Source: an uncultured Planctomycetota bacterium
GTDB taxonomy: Bacteria > Planctomycetota > Phycisphaerae > Tepidisphaerales > Tepidisphaeraceae
NCBI GenBank assembly: GCA_963841915.1
Contig: CAWJEN010000006.1
Location: 480,001-544,000, forward strand
DNA: 64,000 nucleotides
Direction of reading: 5' to 3'
Shown here: piece after piece, positions 47,144-56,489 of the stretch
How the letters are laid out: the number at the start of each line of letters is the position of its first letter
How positions within the stretch are numbered: the stretch's first letter is position 1
Notes under the pieces: model-generated
What the model saw: the letters and a program-made list of their open reading frames with translations, nothing else
What the model was told of the DNA's origin: nothing
Databases searched by the model: none
Translations under genes and position numbers: made by a program

Positions 47144-47968
47144 TTGAGTCACCATGGTTCTACAGCTGCTGCTCCGCCGCCGGTGACCGACCGCGAGGAA
47201 CGCGATCGTGAACTGTTCGAAACCATTGCCGACGACTACTGCCGCAAGGATCTTCAGCCGGCGAGTCGTCGCGCTCGCAAGCTGCGGCTCGACGCGACAC
47301 TCGCGCTGCTTCCTGCAGAGGCCCGTAAGCCGAGCGGACACTTGCCGGACGTGCTCGACGTCGGTTGCGGGGCCGGCTTCACGGCCACGTACCTGCATGG
47401 TCACTACCGCCGCTACGTCGGCGTCGACTACAGCCGACCGCTGATCGACCTCGCCAAGCGGCACAACGTCTTTCCCGAGGCCACATTCTTCGCAGGCAAT
47501 GCGAAGGATCTGCCCGATATCGACGACGGGTTCGACCTGATCGTCATGATCGGCGTCCTGCACCACATCGACGATCCTGCCGCAGCGCTGAGCGAGATGG
47601 TCGGCTTCCTCAGGCCCGGTGGCTGGATCGTCGCCAACGAGCCGCAACCCGACAACCCGGTCGTCATGCTCGCCCGTCGCGCCCGAGCGTCGGTGGACAA
47701 GCATTATTCGTCGGAGCAGAGTTATCCCAGCGCCGCGTCGCTGGCCCAGCTGTACCGTGACGCAGGGCTGACTGAAGTGGCTACGCAGTCACAAGGCTGG
47801 CTAAGCACGCCTTTCGCCGAGACGTCGCCTGGTGGCGTTGCCCAGTGGCTTGCCCGTCCGCTGTCGGCCACCATGTGCGGCGTCGACCGAATGCTCACGA
47901 AGTCCGGCCTGCCGCTGCGTCGCCTCGCGTGGAACTCCATCGTCGCCGGCCGTCGACCCGATGCATAA
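47144..47968 (+). CDS. Class I SAM-dependent methyltransferase
   Basis: VLDVGCGAG, GVDYS, FDLIV..GVLHH, LRPGG. Confidence 0.88.
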   Translation: MSHHGSTAAAPPPVTDREERDRELFETIADDYCRKDLQPASRRARKLRLDATLALLPAEARKPSGHLPDVLDVGCGAGFTATYLHGHYRRYVGVDYSRPLIDLAKRHNVFPEATFFAGNAKDLPDIDDGFDLIVMIGVLHHIDDPAAALSEMVGFLRPGGWIVANEPQPDNPVVMLARRARASVDKHYSSEQSYPSAASLAQLYRDAGLTEVATQSQGWLSTPFAETSPGGVAQWLARPLSATMCGVDRMLTKSGLPLRRLAWNSIVAGRRPDA

Positions 47969-47971
47969 ATC

Positions 47972-48418
47972 ATGGCCGCTGTTGTAGTAGAGAGTCAGGC
48001 ATTCGACGATGCCTCGCCTGTTGGCGAGCCGAGACGAACCTTCGCATCACAAGTGGCCCGCTGGGTAATGCTCAGCGGCATCAGCTTCGTGCTCAACCTT
48101 GGCCTGACCATTGTGCTGCATGAGGTGATCGGCTGGGCCGAAGAAGCCGCGTATGCCACTTCACTCGGGGTGGTATTGGTGGTGAACTTCATCCTGTGCC
48201 GCACCTTCGTCTTCAATGCGGCCGCAGGTTCCTTAAGACGTCAGGCACTGGGCTACCTCGGCGGCACGATCATCTTCCGCAGCCTTGAATACGTGTGCTT
48301 CCTCGGCATCCACAGCGGTTTTGACGTCGACTATCGGCTGACCGTCATCGCCGTCTCCGTCGTGGCCATGGTGGTCAAATTCTTTGTCTACCGCGTGCTG
48401 TTCAACGGCAAGGCCTGA
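47972..48418 (+). CDS. GtrA-family flippase-like protein
   Basis: Small 4-TM protein, NFILCRTFVF, KFFVYR. Confidence 0.8.
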   Translation: MAAVVVESQAFDDASPVGEPRRTFASQVARWVMLSGISFVLNLGLTIVLHEVIGWAEEAAYATSLGVVLVVNFILCRTFVFNAAAGSLRRQALGYLGGTIIFRSLEYVCFLGIHSGFDVDYRLTVIAVSVVAMVVKFFVYRVLFNGKA

Positions 48419-49698
48419 GGATCATCGAGCTGTGCGGGGTCTTTGCGAACCGCCAGCAGCAGTACAACGAGCCCGCCGATCCAGGCGACCGGTTCGAGAA
48501 TCGACAGCCCGATCCGATACGCATCGGCCAGACCCTCAGGCACGCCCGGCAGACGCGTCGGTAGCCAAAGGCTGAGTCCGACGAGCCAAAACCACACGCC
48601 ACACGCGCGGCCGCCCTTGCTTGCGACGATCAGCAGCGGAATCAGCACGAATAGGAGCAGGCTGTTGTCCGTGTTCTGGTGGTAGGTCCAGTATCTGGCC
48701 CCAACGGCAGCGACGGCGAAGCTGAGCAGGAGCGACCGGTCGCGAATCTGCCACAGCATGATGCTGGCGACGCCCGCCACACCCAGCAGGCACGTCCACA
48801 ACGCGACCTGCGGATCGACGCCCGCCGCGAGCAGGCCCTGGAGCAGGCCGATGCCCTTGTGCATGAACCCGCTCGCATCTTCGGCCGCGCCGGCGGTGAC
48901 TGTCAGCGGGTCGATGCCGCTGAGTAGTGTCGTGACCAGCGCACCTGCAACGACAACCCCGCCGGCGACCAAGACGGTGATCCAGCGGCCTCTGAGGAGC
49001 GGTGCCATCAGGAACGGCACGCCACTCGTCGGCTTCAAGACCGCATAGCCAAGTGCGATTCCGCCCCCGATGGCCGACGCGTAGCCGCCACCTTCTTCTC
49101 GTCGCCGAATCAGGAGATAGGCCAGCGCGAGGAAGCCGAGGACAATTGTGCCGAAGTTGCCGTACCGGATCGCGTTGCCGAGCGTGGCACAGCCAAGAAC
49201 ACTCGCGACCGCAAGCACCCGCGTCGTTTGCGAGCACCCACGGCTGACAAACCACGCCCAATAGCAACCGAGTCCTACACCCGCTGCACACATGGTCGCA
49301 AAAGCAACCTCGGCCGCTGATCGAGGCAGTCCCAGCACGGGCATGGCCATGCCGTAGGTCGACGCCGGGTAGAGCCCACCCGGCCAGCCGATCGACGAGT
49401 CAAGCAGCGTCGCCTCAGGCGGAATGGGATCGTACTTCTTGATGCCAAGGCTTTTGGCCTCGTCGTAGATCTGCTGCACCGTGATGCCACGCATCAGATA
49501 GTGATGCTCGGCATAGCGGTAATTAAAGTCGTTGGCTTTGCCGGTCAGCACGAAGCTGATCCCAAACACGAAGTACAACCCGCCCAGGAGCAGCAGGGCG
49601 ATCGAGACGACGAGCAGGCCCCGATCATGCAGGAACAGCGGCCGAGGTCGACTCGACGCCAAGGCAGCTGCTTCAATGCGGCTTGGCTTAGTCGACAT
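48388..49698 (-). CDS. GT87/DUF2029-like GT-C membrane glycosyltransferase
   Basis: DF after TM1, YP, GN, LKP, YH..D motifs, about 10 TMs. Confidence 0.7.
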   Translation of the reverse strand: MSTKPSRIEAAALASSRPRPLFLHDRGLLVVSIALLLLGGLYFVFGISFVLTGKANDFNYRYAEHHYLMRGITVQQIYDEAKSLGIKKYDPIPPEATLLDSSIGWPGGLYPASTYGMAMPVLGLPRSAAEVAFATMCAAGVGLGCYWAWFVSRGCSQTTRVLAVASVLGCATLGNAIRYGNFGTIVLGFLALAYLLIRRREEGGGYASAIGGGIALGYAVLKPTSGVPFLMAPLLRGRWITVLVAGGVVVAGALVTTLLSGIDPLTVTAGAAEDASGFMHKGIGLLQGLLAAGVDPQVALWTCLLGVAGVASIMLWQIRDRSLLLSFAVAAVGARYWTYHQNTDNSLLLFVLIPLLIVASKGGRACGVWFWLVGLSLWLPTRLPGVPEGLADAYRIGLSILEPVAWIGGLVVLLLAVRKDPAQLDDPQALPLNSTR

Positions 49699-49712
49699 GG
49701 CGGTCAGTATGC

Positions 49713-49728
49713 TGCAACACTGTTGCCA
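49713..49728 (-). promoter_or_regulatory. sigma54-type -24/-12 promoter
   Basis: TGGCAAC-AGTG-TTGCA, 14 nt upstream of ATG 49698. Confidence 0.55.
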
Positions 49729-49769
49729 CGCAAAGCAGAAGCCCGCTGTCTGCGCACGATTGTCTCACC

Positions 49770-50888
49770 ATGCAGATATCCATCGTCACCGGACCGTTCT
49801 GGAGCCCGCCCCCCGCACCTGGTGGGGCGGTGGAGCGCCGCTGGTTTCACGTGGCCAAAGAGTTTGTCAAGCTCGGACACGACGTGACGTTTCTGAGCCG
49901 CCGTCACGACAAGAGCTTCGCAGCGAATGAGATCATCGACGGCGTGAAGCACGTGCGTCGGCTCAGCCTCAAGAGTGCCGGCTCGATCAAGGGCAACATC
50001 GTCAAGGACAGCCTGTACGCCGCCCGCATGACGGCGGCATTGCCTAAGGGTGACATCCTCGTGACGAATACCTTCTGGCTGCCCGTCTTCGCGCCGCGGC
50101 TTCGGCCGGGTGCCGGCAAGGTTGTCGTCAATGTCGCCCGCGCGCCCAAGGGACAACTATGGCTTTACAAGAAGGCGTCGCTGCTCGTTGCTCCGTCGAA
50201 GGCGGTGGCGGAGATGATTCGCAAGGAAGTGCCCGATCAGGCAGCCAAAGCACGAGCGGTGGCTAACCCGATTGACACGAGCGTCTTTGCCACGAGCGAC
50301 ACGCCTGAGCCGACGCGGCCGACTGTCGTCTACACCGGCAGAGTGCACCCCGAGAAAGGCCTCGATCTGCTGGCGAAAGCCCACCGACAGCTACGGGCGA
50401 CGCGGCCGGACCTGGAGACGCAGATTATCGGTGCCTGGACCATCGAGGACGGTGGCGGCGGACCAGAGTTTCGCGACGAGCTGGCCCGGCTCGGCGGTGA
50501 TGGACTCGTGTTTCAAGACCCGATCTGGGATCGACCGGCCCTTGCAGAGGCCATTCGCGGGGCCAACGTCTACGTCTACCCGTCCGTGGCCGAGCGGGGC
50601 GAAAGCTTTGGTTGCGCACCGTTAGAGGCGATGGGCTGCGGCCGCGCCAGCGTGCTGAGCGGCCTGGAGGCATTTGACGATTACGCGCACGGCGGTGACA
50701 ACTGTCTTCGCTTCGACCACAGACGCGTCGACGCGGCCGAGGATTTGGCCGACAAGATCGCCATGCTGCTCAATGACTCGACACTGCGGCTGCGGCTCAG
50801 TGCCGCTGGTGCACAGACGGCAACGGCGTACTCCTTCTTGCGAATCGCCGAGCAATATGAGGCTGAGTTTCAAGCACTCCTTAGCTAA
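49770..50888 (+). CDS. GT4 glycosyltransferase
   Basis: GGAVE, GRVHPEKG, YPS...ESFGCAPLEAMGCG. Confidence 0.92.
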   Translation: MQISIVTGPFWSPPPAPGGAVERRWFHVAKEFVKLGHDVTFLSRRHDKSFAANEIIDGVKHVRRLSLKSAGSIKGNIVKDSLYAARMTAALPKGDILVTNTFWLPVFAPRLRPGAGKVVVNVARAPKGQLWLYKKASLLVAPSKAVAEMIRKEVPDQAAKARAVANPIDTSVFATSDTPEPTRPTVVYTGRVHPEKGLDLLAKAHRQLRATRPDLETQIIGAWTIEDGGGGPEFRDELARLGGDGLVFQDPIWDRPALAEAIRGANVYVYPSVAERGESFGCAPLEAMGCGRASVLSGLEAFDDYAHGGDNCLRFDHRRVDAAEDLADKIAMLLNDSTLRLRLSAAGAQTATAYSFLRIAEQYEAEFQALLS

Positions 50889-50894
50889 AAGTGA

Positions 50895-51330
50895 ATGTCC
50901 GGGTCTGCTTTCTTCGGAGGCGAGTTCATGAGGTACGGTTTCAACATGTCGACTTCGACATCCGCCAGTGAGGAAGAAGCCAAATCGTCGCCGGCCCGTT
51001 CTACAGCTCGCTGCCGATGCCTGGTGGGGCGGTTGAGCGTCGCAGGTTCAATATATCTCTCAGGCCTTTGCACGCATGGGGCATGACGTCACCTTTCTAT
51101 CACGTCGATGCTTCGCTTGAAGACTGTTGATGGCGTGCAGCATCCTTGAGATCCCTTCAAGTCGACGCATGAAGTTTGGTATATCTTGCACCGGCAGAAT
51201 CCATCCGGAGAAAGGGCTGGACGTGCGGTGCGAGGCGTACCGCAAGCTGCGTCGGCGTTGGCCTGACCACAAAGGTGGTCGGTGCATGGACCGTGCTGCA
51301 CGGCGGTCTCGGGGACAGCCGCGACGACTT
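50895..51330 (+). pseudogene. Decayed remnant of a GT4 paralog
   Basis: TGRIHPEKGLD..EAYRKLRRRWPD then, after a frameshift, VVGAWTVLHGGLG, matching TGRVHPEKGLD..AHRQLRATRPD..IIGAWTIEDGGGG of the upstream gene; left boundary approximate. Confidence 0.7.
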
Positions 51331-51345
51331 TGGTAGTGCTCTACC

Positions 51346-51855
51346 GTGTTGACCTTGCCCGACCTTCTGAGCCAACTTCGCGAGGCAACGCGGCCGATTC
51401 ATGATGAGCTCGACGCGATGCAGGTGCCCAACACAACGGCTGCGTACATCGATTTTCTGGCAGCCATGTGCCGCTCGCACGCATCGCTGACACGTGTTCT
51501 CGGTCAGACGCAGGTCGATCAGGTCGAGCGTTTACGGGCGGATTTGCGGGATCTAAGAGCGGCAACACCGTTGACGTTGACGTTCGACCACGACGGCGGC
51601 GAGCTGGGCGTGCGGTATGTCGTGCTTGGCAGTCACTTTGGGAACAAGTCGATGCTTGCGAGCATCAAAGCCGCCTTACCAGATGTGCCGACGCGGTTTT
51701 TGTCGGGTGACGGACTGGAAAGCGAGCGCTGGAAAGCTTTCAAGGCGACGCTGCTCAACGTCGATCCGCAGGCCAATGATCTGCACGTAAGTGCCGCCGT
51801 AGCAACGTTCCGACACTTTGAGCGGGGCTTCCGGGAGCCGAAGATGAGGGCGTAG
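51346..51855 (+). CDS. bphO: Biliverdin-producing heme oxygenase (BphO-like)
   Basis: LREATRPIH (proximal His), LRADLRDL, YVVLGSHFG, WKAF, AVATF; directly upstream of a phytochrome. Confidence 0.8.
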   Translation: MLTLPDLLSQLREATRPIHDELDAMQVPNTTAAYIDFLAAMCRSHASLTRVLGQTQVDQVERLRADLRDLRAATPLTLTFDHDGGELGVRYVVLGSHFGNKSMLASIKAALPDVPTRFLSGDGLESERWKAFKATLLNVDPQANDLHVSAAVATFRHFERGFREPKMRA

Positions 51856-51868
51856 CATCTCTGGCTTC

Positions 51869-54268
51869 ATGGATGATTCGGCCCAACTCGAACAGGCGAC
51901 GACCGCAGATCCGCGGCATGAGTACGACCTTTCAGACTGCGACCGCGAGCCGATCCACATTCCGAATCAGATTCAGCCGCACGGCGTGCTTCTCGTCGTT
52001 GGGATGGAGAGTAAGCGTGTCGTTCAAGCTTCGGTCAACGCGACGGAGCTATTTCCCGGTGCCGTCGTCGGGCAGACGCTGAAGGACGTGCTAGGTGATT
52101 CGACAGCGGACTGTGTCTTTAGCCATGTTGACGAACCGGGCTACGCAATCTTACCGGCAAGGCTCTGCAGTCTGACCGTCAAAGGCGTCGAGCATGCCGT
52201 CAGCGGGCACGTTCATCCGGACAACGGACAGCAAATTCTGCTCGAGGTCGAACCCGACGACGGTAAGACGTCGGTCGACGTCGGCAACGACGTCCGTGAG
52301 GTGCTCGTCAAGCTCCATACGGCTGAGGATCCCGAGGGTTTTTGTAACGATCTGGCCGATCACGTCCAACAGTTGACCGGATTCGACCGCGTGATGGTCT
52401 ACCGGTTCGACGCCGACTACAACGGATCAGTCGTCAGCGAGTCGATTGATCGTGCAGCGGTCGATCGCATCGAGCCGTTTCTCGGCCTGCACTACCCGGC
52501 CACTGATATTCCAGCACAGGCGCGGGCGTTATATCTGCGGAACTGGCTTCGGCTGATTCCGGACATGAGCTATGAGCCGGTGCCGTTGACACCTGCGGAT
52601 AACCCGCTCGTGCCCGACGGTCAGCGACTGGATATGAGCTTTGCGCTGGTTCGCAGCGTCTCGCCGATCCACGTCGAGTACCTGCAGAACATGGGCGTGA
52701 CAGCGACCATGACGCTGAGCCTGATCGACCTGCGCGGCCGCGACGGCGAGGTGCGTCGGCCGACGGGCGGATTTGATCCCATGAGTGAAGGCGGGCCACG
52801 CCTGTGGGGCCTTATCGCCTGTCACCACTACACCGGGCCAAAGCACATCAGCTTCGCGAAGCGTTCAACCTGCGACGTCATCGCTCGCATGGCCAGCCTG
52901 CAACTTTCGACGCAGCGGGCAGGCCTGGAGAGTCGCAAGCTCGCCAGGACACGCCAAGTCCAGACGCACCTCGCCTCGGCGGCAAGTGAGACGCTCAACG
53001 CAGATACGTCGCTCTACGAAACGCTCATCCACGGCAAAACGTCGCTCGCTGACCTTGTCGAAGCCGACGGCGTGGCGGCAGTTTCCATGCAGCAGGTTGT
53101 TTCCTCCGGCACGTCACTCGATGACGCGACGCTGCGGCAAATCGCGTCCTGGGCTTGTGACGAAGCGTTCAAGTCGCAAACGTCGACAGCCGTCGTGCAC
53201 ACCGATCGGCTGACGCTTATTGCCCCAGAATTTGCCGACCACGAAGCCGTTCGAGCCGAGGCGAGCGGCGTGATGGCAGTCCCGCTGTCTCCCGACGGTG
53301 AAGCGCTGTTGTGGCTCAGACGCGAACAGGTTCAGAACGTTAACTGGGCCGGAAACCCGGAAAAGGCGATCGAAATCAGCAGCGACGGTGGCGAGATCCG
53401 CATGTCGCCGCGGAAGAGCTTTGCAAAGTGGCAGCAGTCGCTGCTCGGTAGAAGTGAGGCGTGGAGCGACGCCGACGTCTCGTCGATCAGGGAGTTTCGT
53501 ACGACGCTAAGCGAGCTTGTCATTAGGCGTTCGAGCCAGATCGAGCAGCTCAACGATGAGCTTGCACGAAGCAACGCCGACCTCGACGCTTTTGCCTACG
53601 CAGCGGCGCACGATCTTCGTGAGCCGTTGCGCGGTATTTCAAGCTTGGCCGCCTTTACGTTGGAGGATTTTGCTGACTCTTTGGAGGATGAAGCGGTTCG
53701 CAACATCACCCGCATGCAGCGGCTGGCAGTACGGATGGATGGGCTTGTCAGGTCGCTGTTGGACTTTGCCCGTATGCGCGGCACTGCCATTTCGATGGAC
53801 CCTGTTCGCCTCGATGCTGTGGTGGAGGAGGTGCGCGAAAGACTGTCCGATCTCGTCAGCCGACGCGACGGTGAGATTGTCATCGTCAACGAGCTGCCGA
53901 CCGTCCGAGGTGATGAGACGCTTATCGCCGAGGTGTTCCAGAATCTGATCAGCAATGCCATCAAGTACAGCCCGGACGCGCCGCGGCGTGTAGAGGTCGG
54001 CATAGGAGATGCTCCTTTCGGCGGAAGAGCGCTGTTCGTCAAAGACAACGGGGTCGGCATCAGACCTGAGCATCGGCAGGATGTCTACACCATCTTCCGG
54101 CGGTTCCACATCGAGGATCAACGCTTTACCGAAGAGGGAGGCACGGGAGCCGGGCTCACGATTGTGCGTCACGTCATCGAGCGGCACGGCGGCAAGATCA
54201 GAGCGGCAGACAACGCCGACGGCTCGAAGGGCACTACCTTCTGGTTCACCTTCGGCCAGCCGCTGTAA
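51869..54268 (+). CDS. bphP: Bacteriophytochrome histidine kinase (PAS-GAF-PHY-HisKA-HATPase)
   Basis: CDREPIHIP..IQPHG, TGFDRVMVYRF, PATDIPAQAR, SPIHVEYLQNMGV, LWGLIACHH, WAG, PRKSF, HDLREPLR, NLISNAIKY, DNGVGI, GTGAGL. Confidence 0.96.
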   Translation: MDDSAQLEQATTADPRHEYDLSDCDREPIHIPNQIQPHGVLLVVGMESKRVVQASVNATELFPGAVVGQTLKDVLGDSTADCVFSHVDEPGYAILPARLCSLTVKGVEHAVSGHVHPDNGQQILLEVEPDDGKTSVDVGNDVREVLVKLHTAEDPEGFCNDLADHVQQLTGFDRVMVYRFDADYNGSVVSESIDRAAVDRIEPFLGLHYPATDIPAQARALYLRNWLRLIPDMSYEPVPLTPADNPLVPDGQRLDMSFALVRSVSPIHVEYLQNMGVTATMTLSLIDLRGRDGEVRRPTGGFDPMSEGGPRLWGLIACHHYTGPKHISFAKRSTCDVIARMASLQLSTQRAGLESRKLARTRQVQTHLASAASETLNADTSLYETLIHGKTSLADLVEADGVAAVSMQQVVSSGTSLDDATLRQIASWACDEAFKSQTSTAVVHTDRLTLIAPEFADHEAVRAEASGVMAVPLSPDGEALLWLRREQVQNVNWAGNPEKAIEISSDGGEIRMSPRKSFAKWQQSLLGRSEAWSDADVSSIREFRTTLSELVIRRSSQIEQLNDELARSNADLDAFAYAAAHDLREPLRGISSLAAFTLEDFADSLEDEAVRNITRMQRLAVRMDGLVRSLLDFARMRGTAISMDPVRLDAVVEEVRERLSDLVSRRDGEIVIVNELPTVRGDETLIAEVFQNLISNAIKYSPDAPRRVEVGIGDAPFGGRALFVKDNGVGIRPEHRQDVYTIFRRFHIEDQRFTEEGGTGAGLTIVRHVIERHGGKIRAADNADGSKGTTFWFTFGQPL

Positions 54269-54289
54269 TTGACGGCTCTACCGTTGAGC

Positions 54290-54802
54290 GTGTCAGACCT
54301 TGCTGTTGCCGTTAGCGACCACGATCACGCCACCGGTTCCCGCCTTGCCGACGCACGATTTGTGCTGGTCGAGTACGGCGATTACGAGTGCCCTTCGTGT
54401 GCCGCCACGCAAGTTCACGTCGAGAAGCTGTTGGCAGAGCGGGACGATGTGTGCGTGGTGTTTCGCCACTTTCCGTTGACCAGCGTGCACCCGACGGCCG
54501 GTGTGGCGGCACAAGCTGCCGAGGCGGCGGCGGCGCAGGGTAAGTTCTGGCCCATGCACCACGCCCTCTACGAGTCGCCCGGCGGTGATCCGACGAACGA
54601 CCTCGACGCCACCGCCATGCGGATTGGCCTGGAGCTTTATCGCTTTAACAATGACCTGACGTCCGGCATCTACGCACCCAAAGTCGCCGCTGATGTCGAC
54701 GGTGGCAAGCGCTCGGGCGTGACCGGGACGCCGACCTTCTTCCTCAACGGCCGCAGGCTCAAGCTCAGGTCGCCCGCCGATCTCGCCGCAGAGCTGGAGT
54801 AG
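54290..54802 (+). CDS. Cytoplasmic DsbA-family thioredoxin-fold protein; alternative start TTG 54269
   Basis: EYGDYECPSC, FRHFPL, AAEAA..QGKFWPMH, GVTGTPTFFLNG; no signal peptide. Confidence 0.88.
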   Translation: MSDLAVAVSDHDHATGSRLADARFVLVEYGDYECPSCAATQVHVEKLLAERDDVCVVFRHFPLTSVHPTAGVAAQAAEAAAAQGKFWPMHHALYESPGGDPTNDLDATAMRIGLELYRFNNDLTSGIYAPKVAADVDGGKRSGVTGTPTFFLNGRRLKLRSPADLAAELE

Positions 54803-54806
54803 CACC

Positions 54807-55001
54807 ATGCCGATCTACACCGTCCCGCCACAGCTTGAACGCTTCGTCGTCGCCCGCGGCAGCGACCGCTCCTGGGTCGTTGTGGCCGAAGATGATCACG
54901 CGTTCGTCATCCCGTGCCGAGACGAATCGCAGGCGAAGGCAATTTGCGAGCAGCTCAACAAGAACGACCACGACGGAACTGTCGTGGTCGACTTGCTGTA
55001 A
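54807..55001 (+). CDS. Small hypothetical protein (64 aa)
   Basis: GGAG upstream, 4 nt after the DsbA stop, host-like codon usage. Confidence 0.6.
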   Translation: MPIYTVPPQLERFVVARGSDRSWVVVAEDDHAFVIPCRDESQAKAICEQLNKNDHDGTVVVDLL

Positions 55002-55018
55002 CGGGATGACGCGAGGCC

Positions 55019-56425
55019 TCAGTGCCCCTCGACCGGTTCGCCGAGCATCGATTTGAGCTCGGTAAGCTTGTCCTGAAGGGCGCTAGCTTCCTTGGCTTCG
55101 AGGTTCAGGCGGAGCATCGGCTCAGTGTTGCTCTTGCGGACGTTGAACCACCATCCTTCGGCCTTGGCGTTGACGGTGATGCCGTCGAGGTAGTCGACTT
55201 CCTGGGTCTTGTACTTGTCGGCGAGGGTGCGGATCATGCCGTCCTTGTCCTCGACCTTGAAGTTCATTTCACCGCTCTGGTGGTAGCGGTCGATCGGACC
55301 GGCCAGGCCGCTGAGCTTCGTGTCGCTACTGCTCAGAATGCTCAGCGTCTTGGCAAAGGCGATTGCGCCGCTGTCGGCGTTGAAGTTGTCGCGGAAGTAG
55401 AAGTGACCGCTGAGCTCGCCACCAAACACGCCGCCCGAATCGGCCAAAGCCTTTTTCATGAAGACGTGACCGACGCGTTCGCGGATCGGCTTACCGCCCG
55501 CTTGCTCGATCTCTTCTGCAAGGGCATGCGTGGATCGAAGGTCGTAGACGATGCTGCTGCCGGAATTACCTTCTTCCTTGAGGAATTCGCGGGCGATGAT
55601 GGCCGTAAGGATGTCGCAGCCGACGACTTCAGCGTTCTCATCGATGAACAGGCACCGATCGGCGTCGCCGTCGAAGCAGACACCTGCATCGACGCCGTCG
55701 CCGGCTTTAACGCCTTCCTTCAGCTGGACGAGGTTCTCCTCGACGAGCGGGTTGGGCTCGTGGACGAACGGCACGCCGTACTCGAAGTTGATCTCAGACA
55801 TCGTCAGGTTCTCGACGCCGCCGAAGACTTTGGGAAGCATCATGCCGGCCATGCCGTTGGAGGCGTCGACGACGATGTTGACCGGCCGCTTGAGGTCGAG
55901 GAACTTCAGGACGTGCTCGCGGTAGGCGGGCCAGATATCCTCTTCGACCGTGGTACCGGCCTTGCCCGTTTCGCCGCGTCGTGAGAGTTGCTGAGCGATG
56001 CGTTCGATGTCCTTGAGGCCGGTCTGGCTGCCGATGGGCTTAGCGCGTGGGCCGCTGATCTTAAAGCCGTTGTACTCGACCGGGTTGTGACTGGCGGTGG
56101 TCTGAATGCCACCGACGCAGTCGAAATGGTTGATGGCGAAGTAGATGCACGACGTGTCGATCATGCCGACATCGATGACGTTCATGCCGGTCGAGCGGAT
56201 GCCGTCGATGAGTGCGGTGGCCAGTTCGGGCGAGTGGGGCCGCATGTCGCGCCCGACGACCATCGTGTCCATCTTGCCGACAGGTTTGCCGAAGTTACCG
56301 GCTGACCGTTGCAGGAAGACGGCCGCTGCGTGACCGACCTTCCAGGCGTCTTCCGGACCGAGCGGGTCGGGGTACGTGGCGCGAACGTCGTAAGCCTTGA
56401 AGATTTTGCTGATCATTTCAGACAC
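55019..56425 (-). CDS. Phosphomannomutase/phosphoglucomutase; start may be ATG 56416
   Basis: IFKAYDVR, TASHNP, FDGDADR, GELSGHF, RKSNTEP. Confidence 0.95.
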   Translation of the reverse strand: MSEMISKIFKAYDVRATYPDPLGPEDAWKVGHAAAVFLQRSAGNFGKPVGKMDTMVVGRDMRPHSPELATALIDGIRSTGMNVIDVGMIDTSCIYFAINHFDCVGGIQTTASHNPVEYNGFKISGPRAKPIGSQTGLKDIERIAQQLSRRGETGKAGTTVEEDIWPAYREHVLKFLDLKRPVNIVVDASNGMAGMMLPKVFGGVENLTMSEINFEYGVPFVHEPNPLVEENLVQLKEGVKAGDGVDAGVCFDGDADRCLFIDENAEVVGCDILTAIIAREFLKEEGNSGSSIVYDLRSTHALAEEIEQAGGKPIRERVGHVFMKKALADSGGVFGGELSGHFYFRDNFNADSGAIAFAKTLSILSSSDTKLSGLAGPIDRYHQSGEMNFKVEDKDGMIRTLADKYKTQEVDYLDGITVNAKAEGWWFNVRKSNTEPMLRLNLEAKEASALQDKLTELKSMLGEPVEGH

Positions 56426-56489
56426 ACCCTACGTCGACGGCTCACGCACGTGCAGGGGCAAAGGGGGCGTAGTGTGTTAATGTCAAGTC

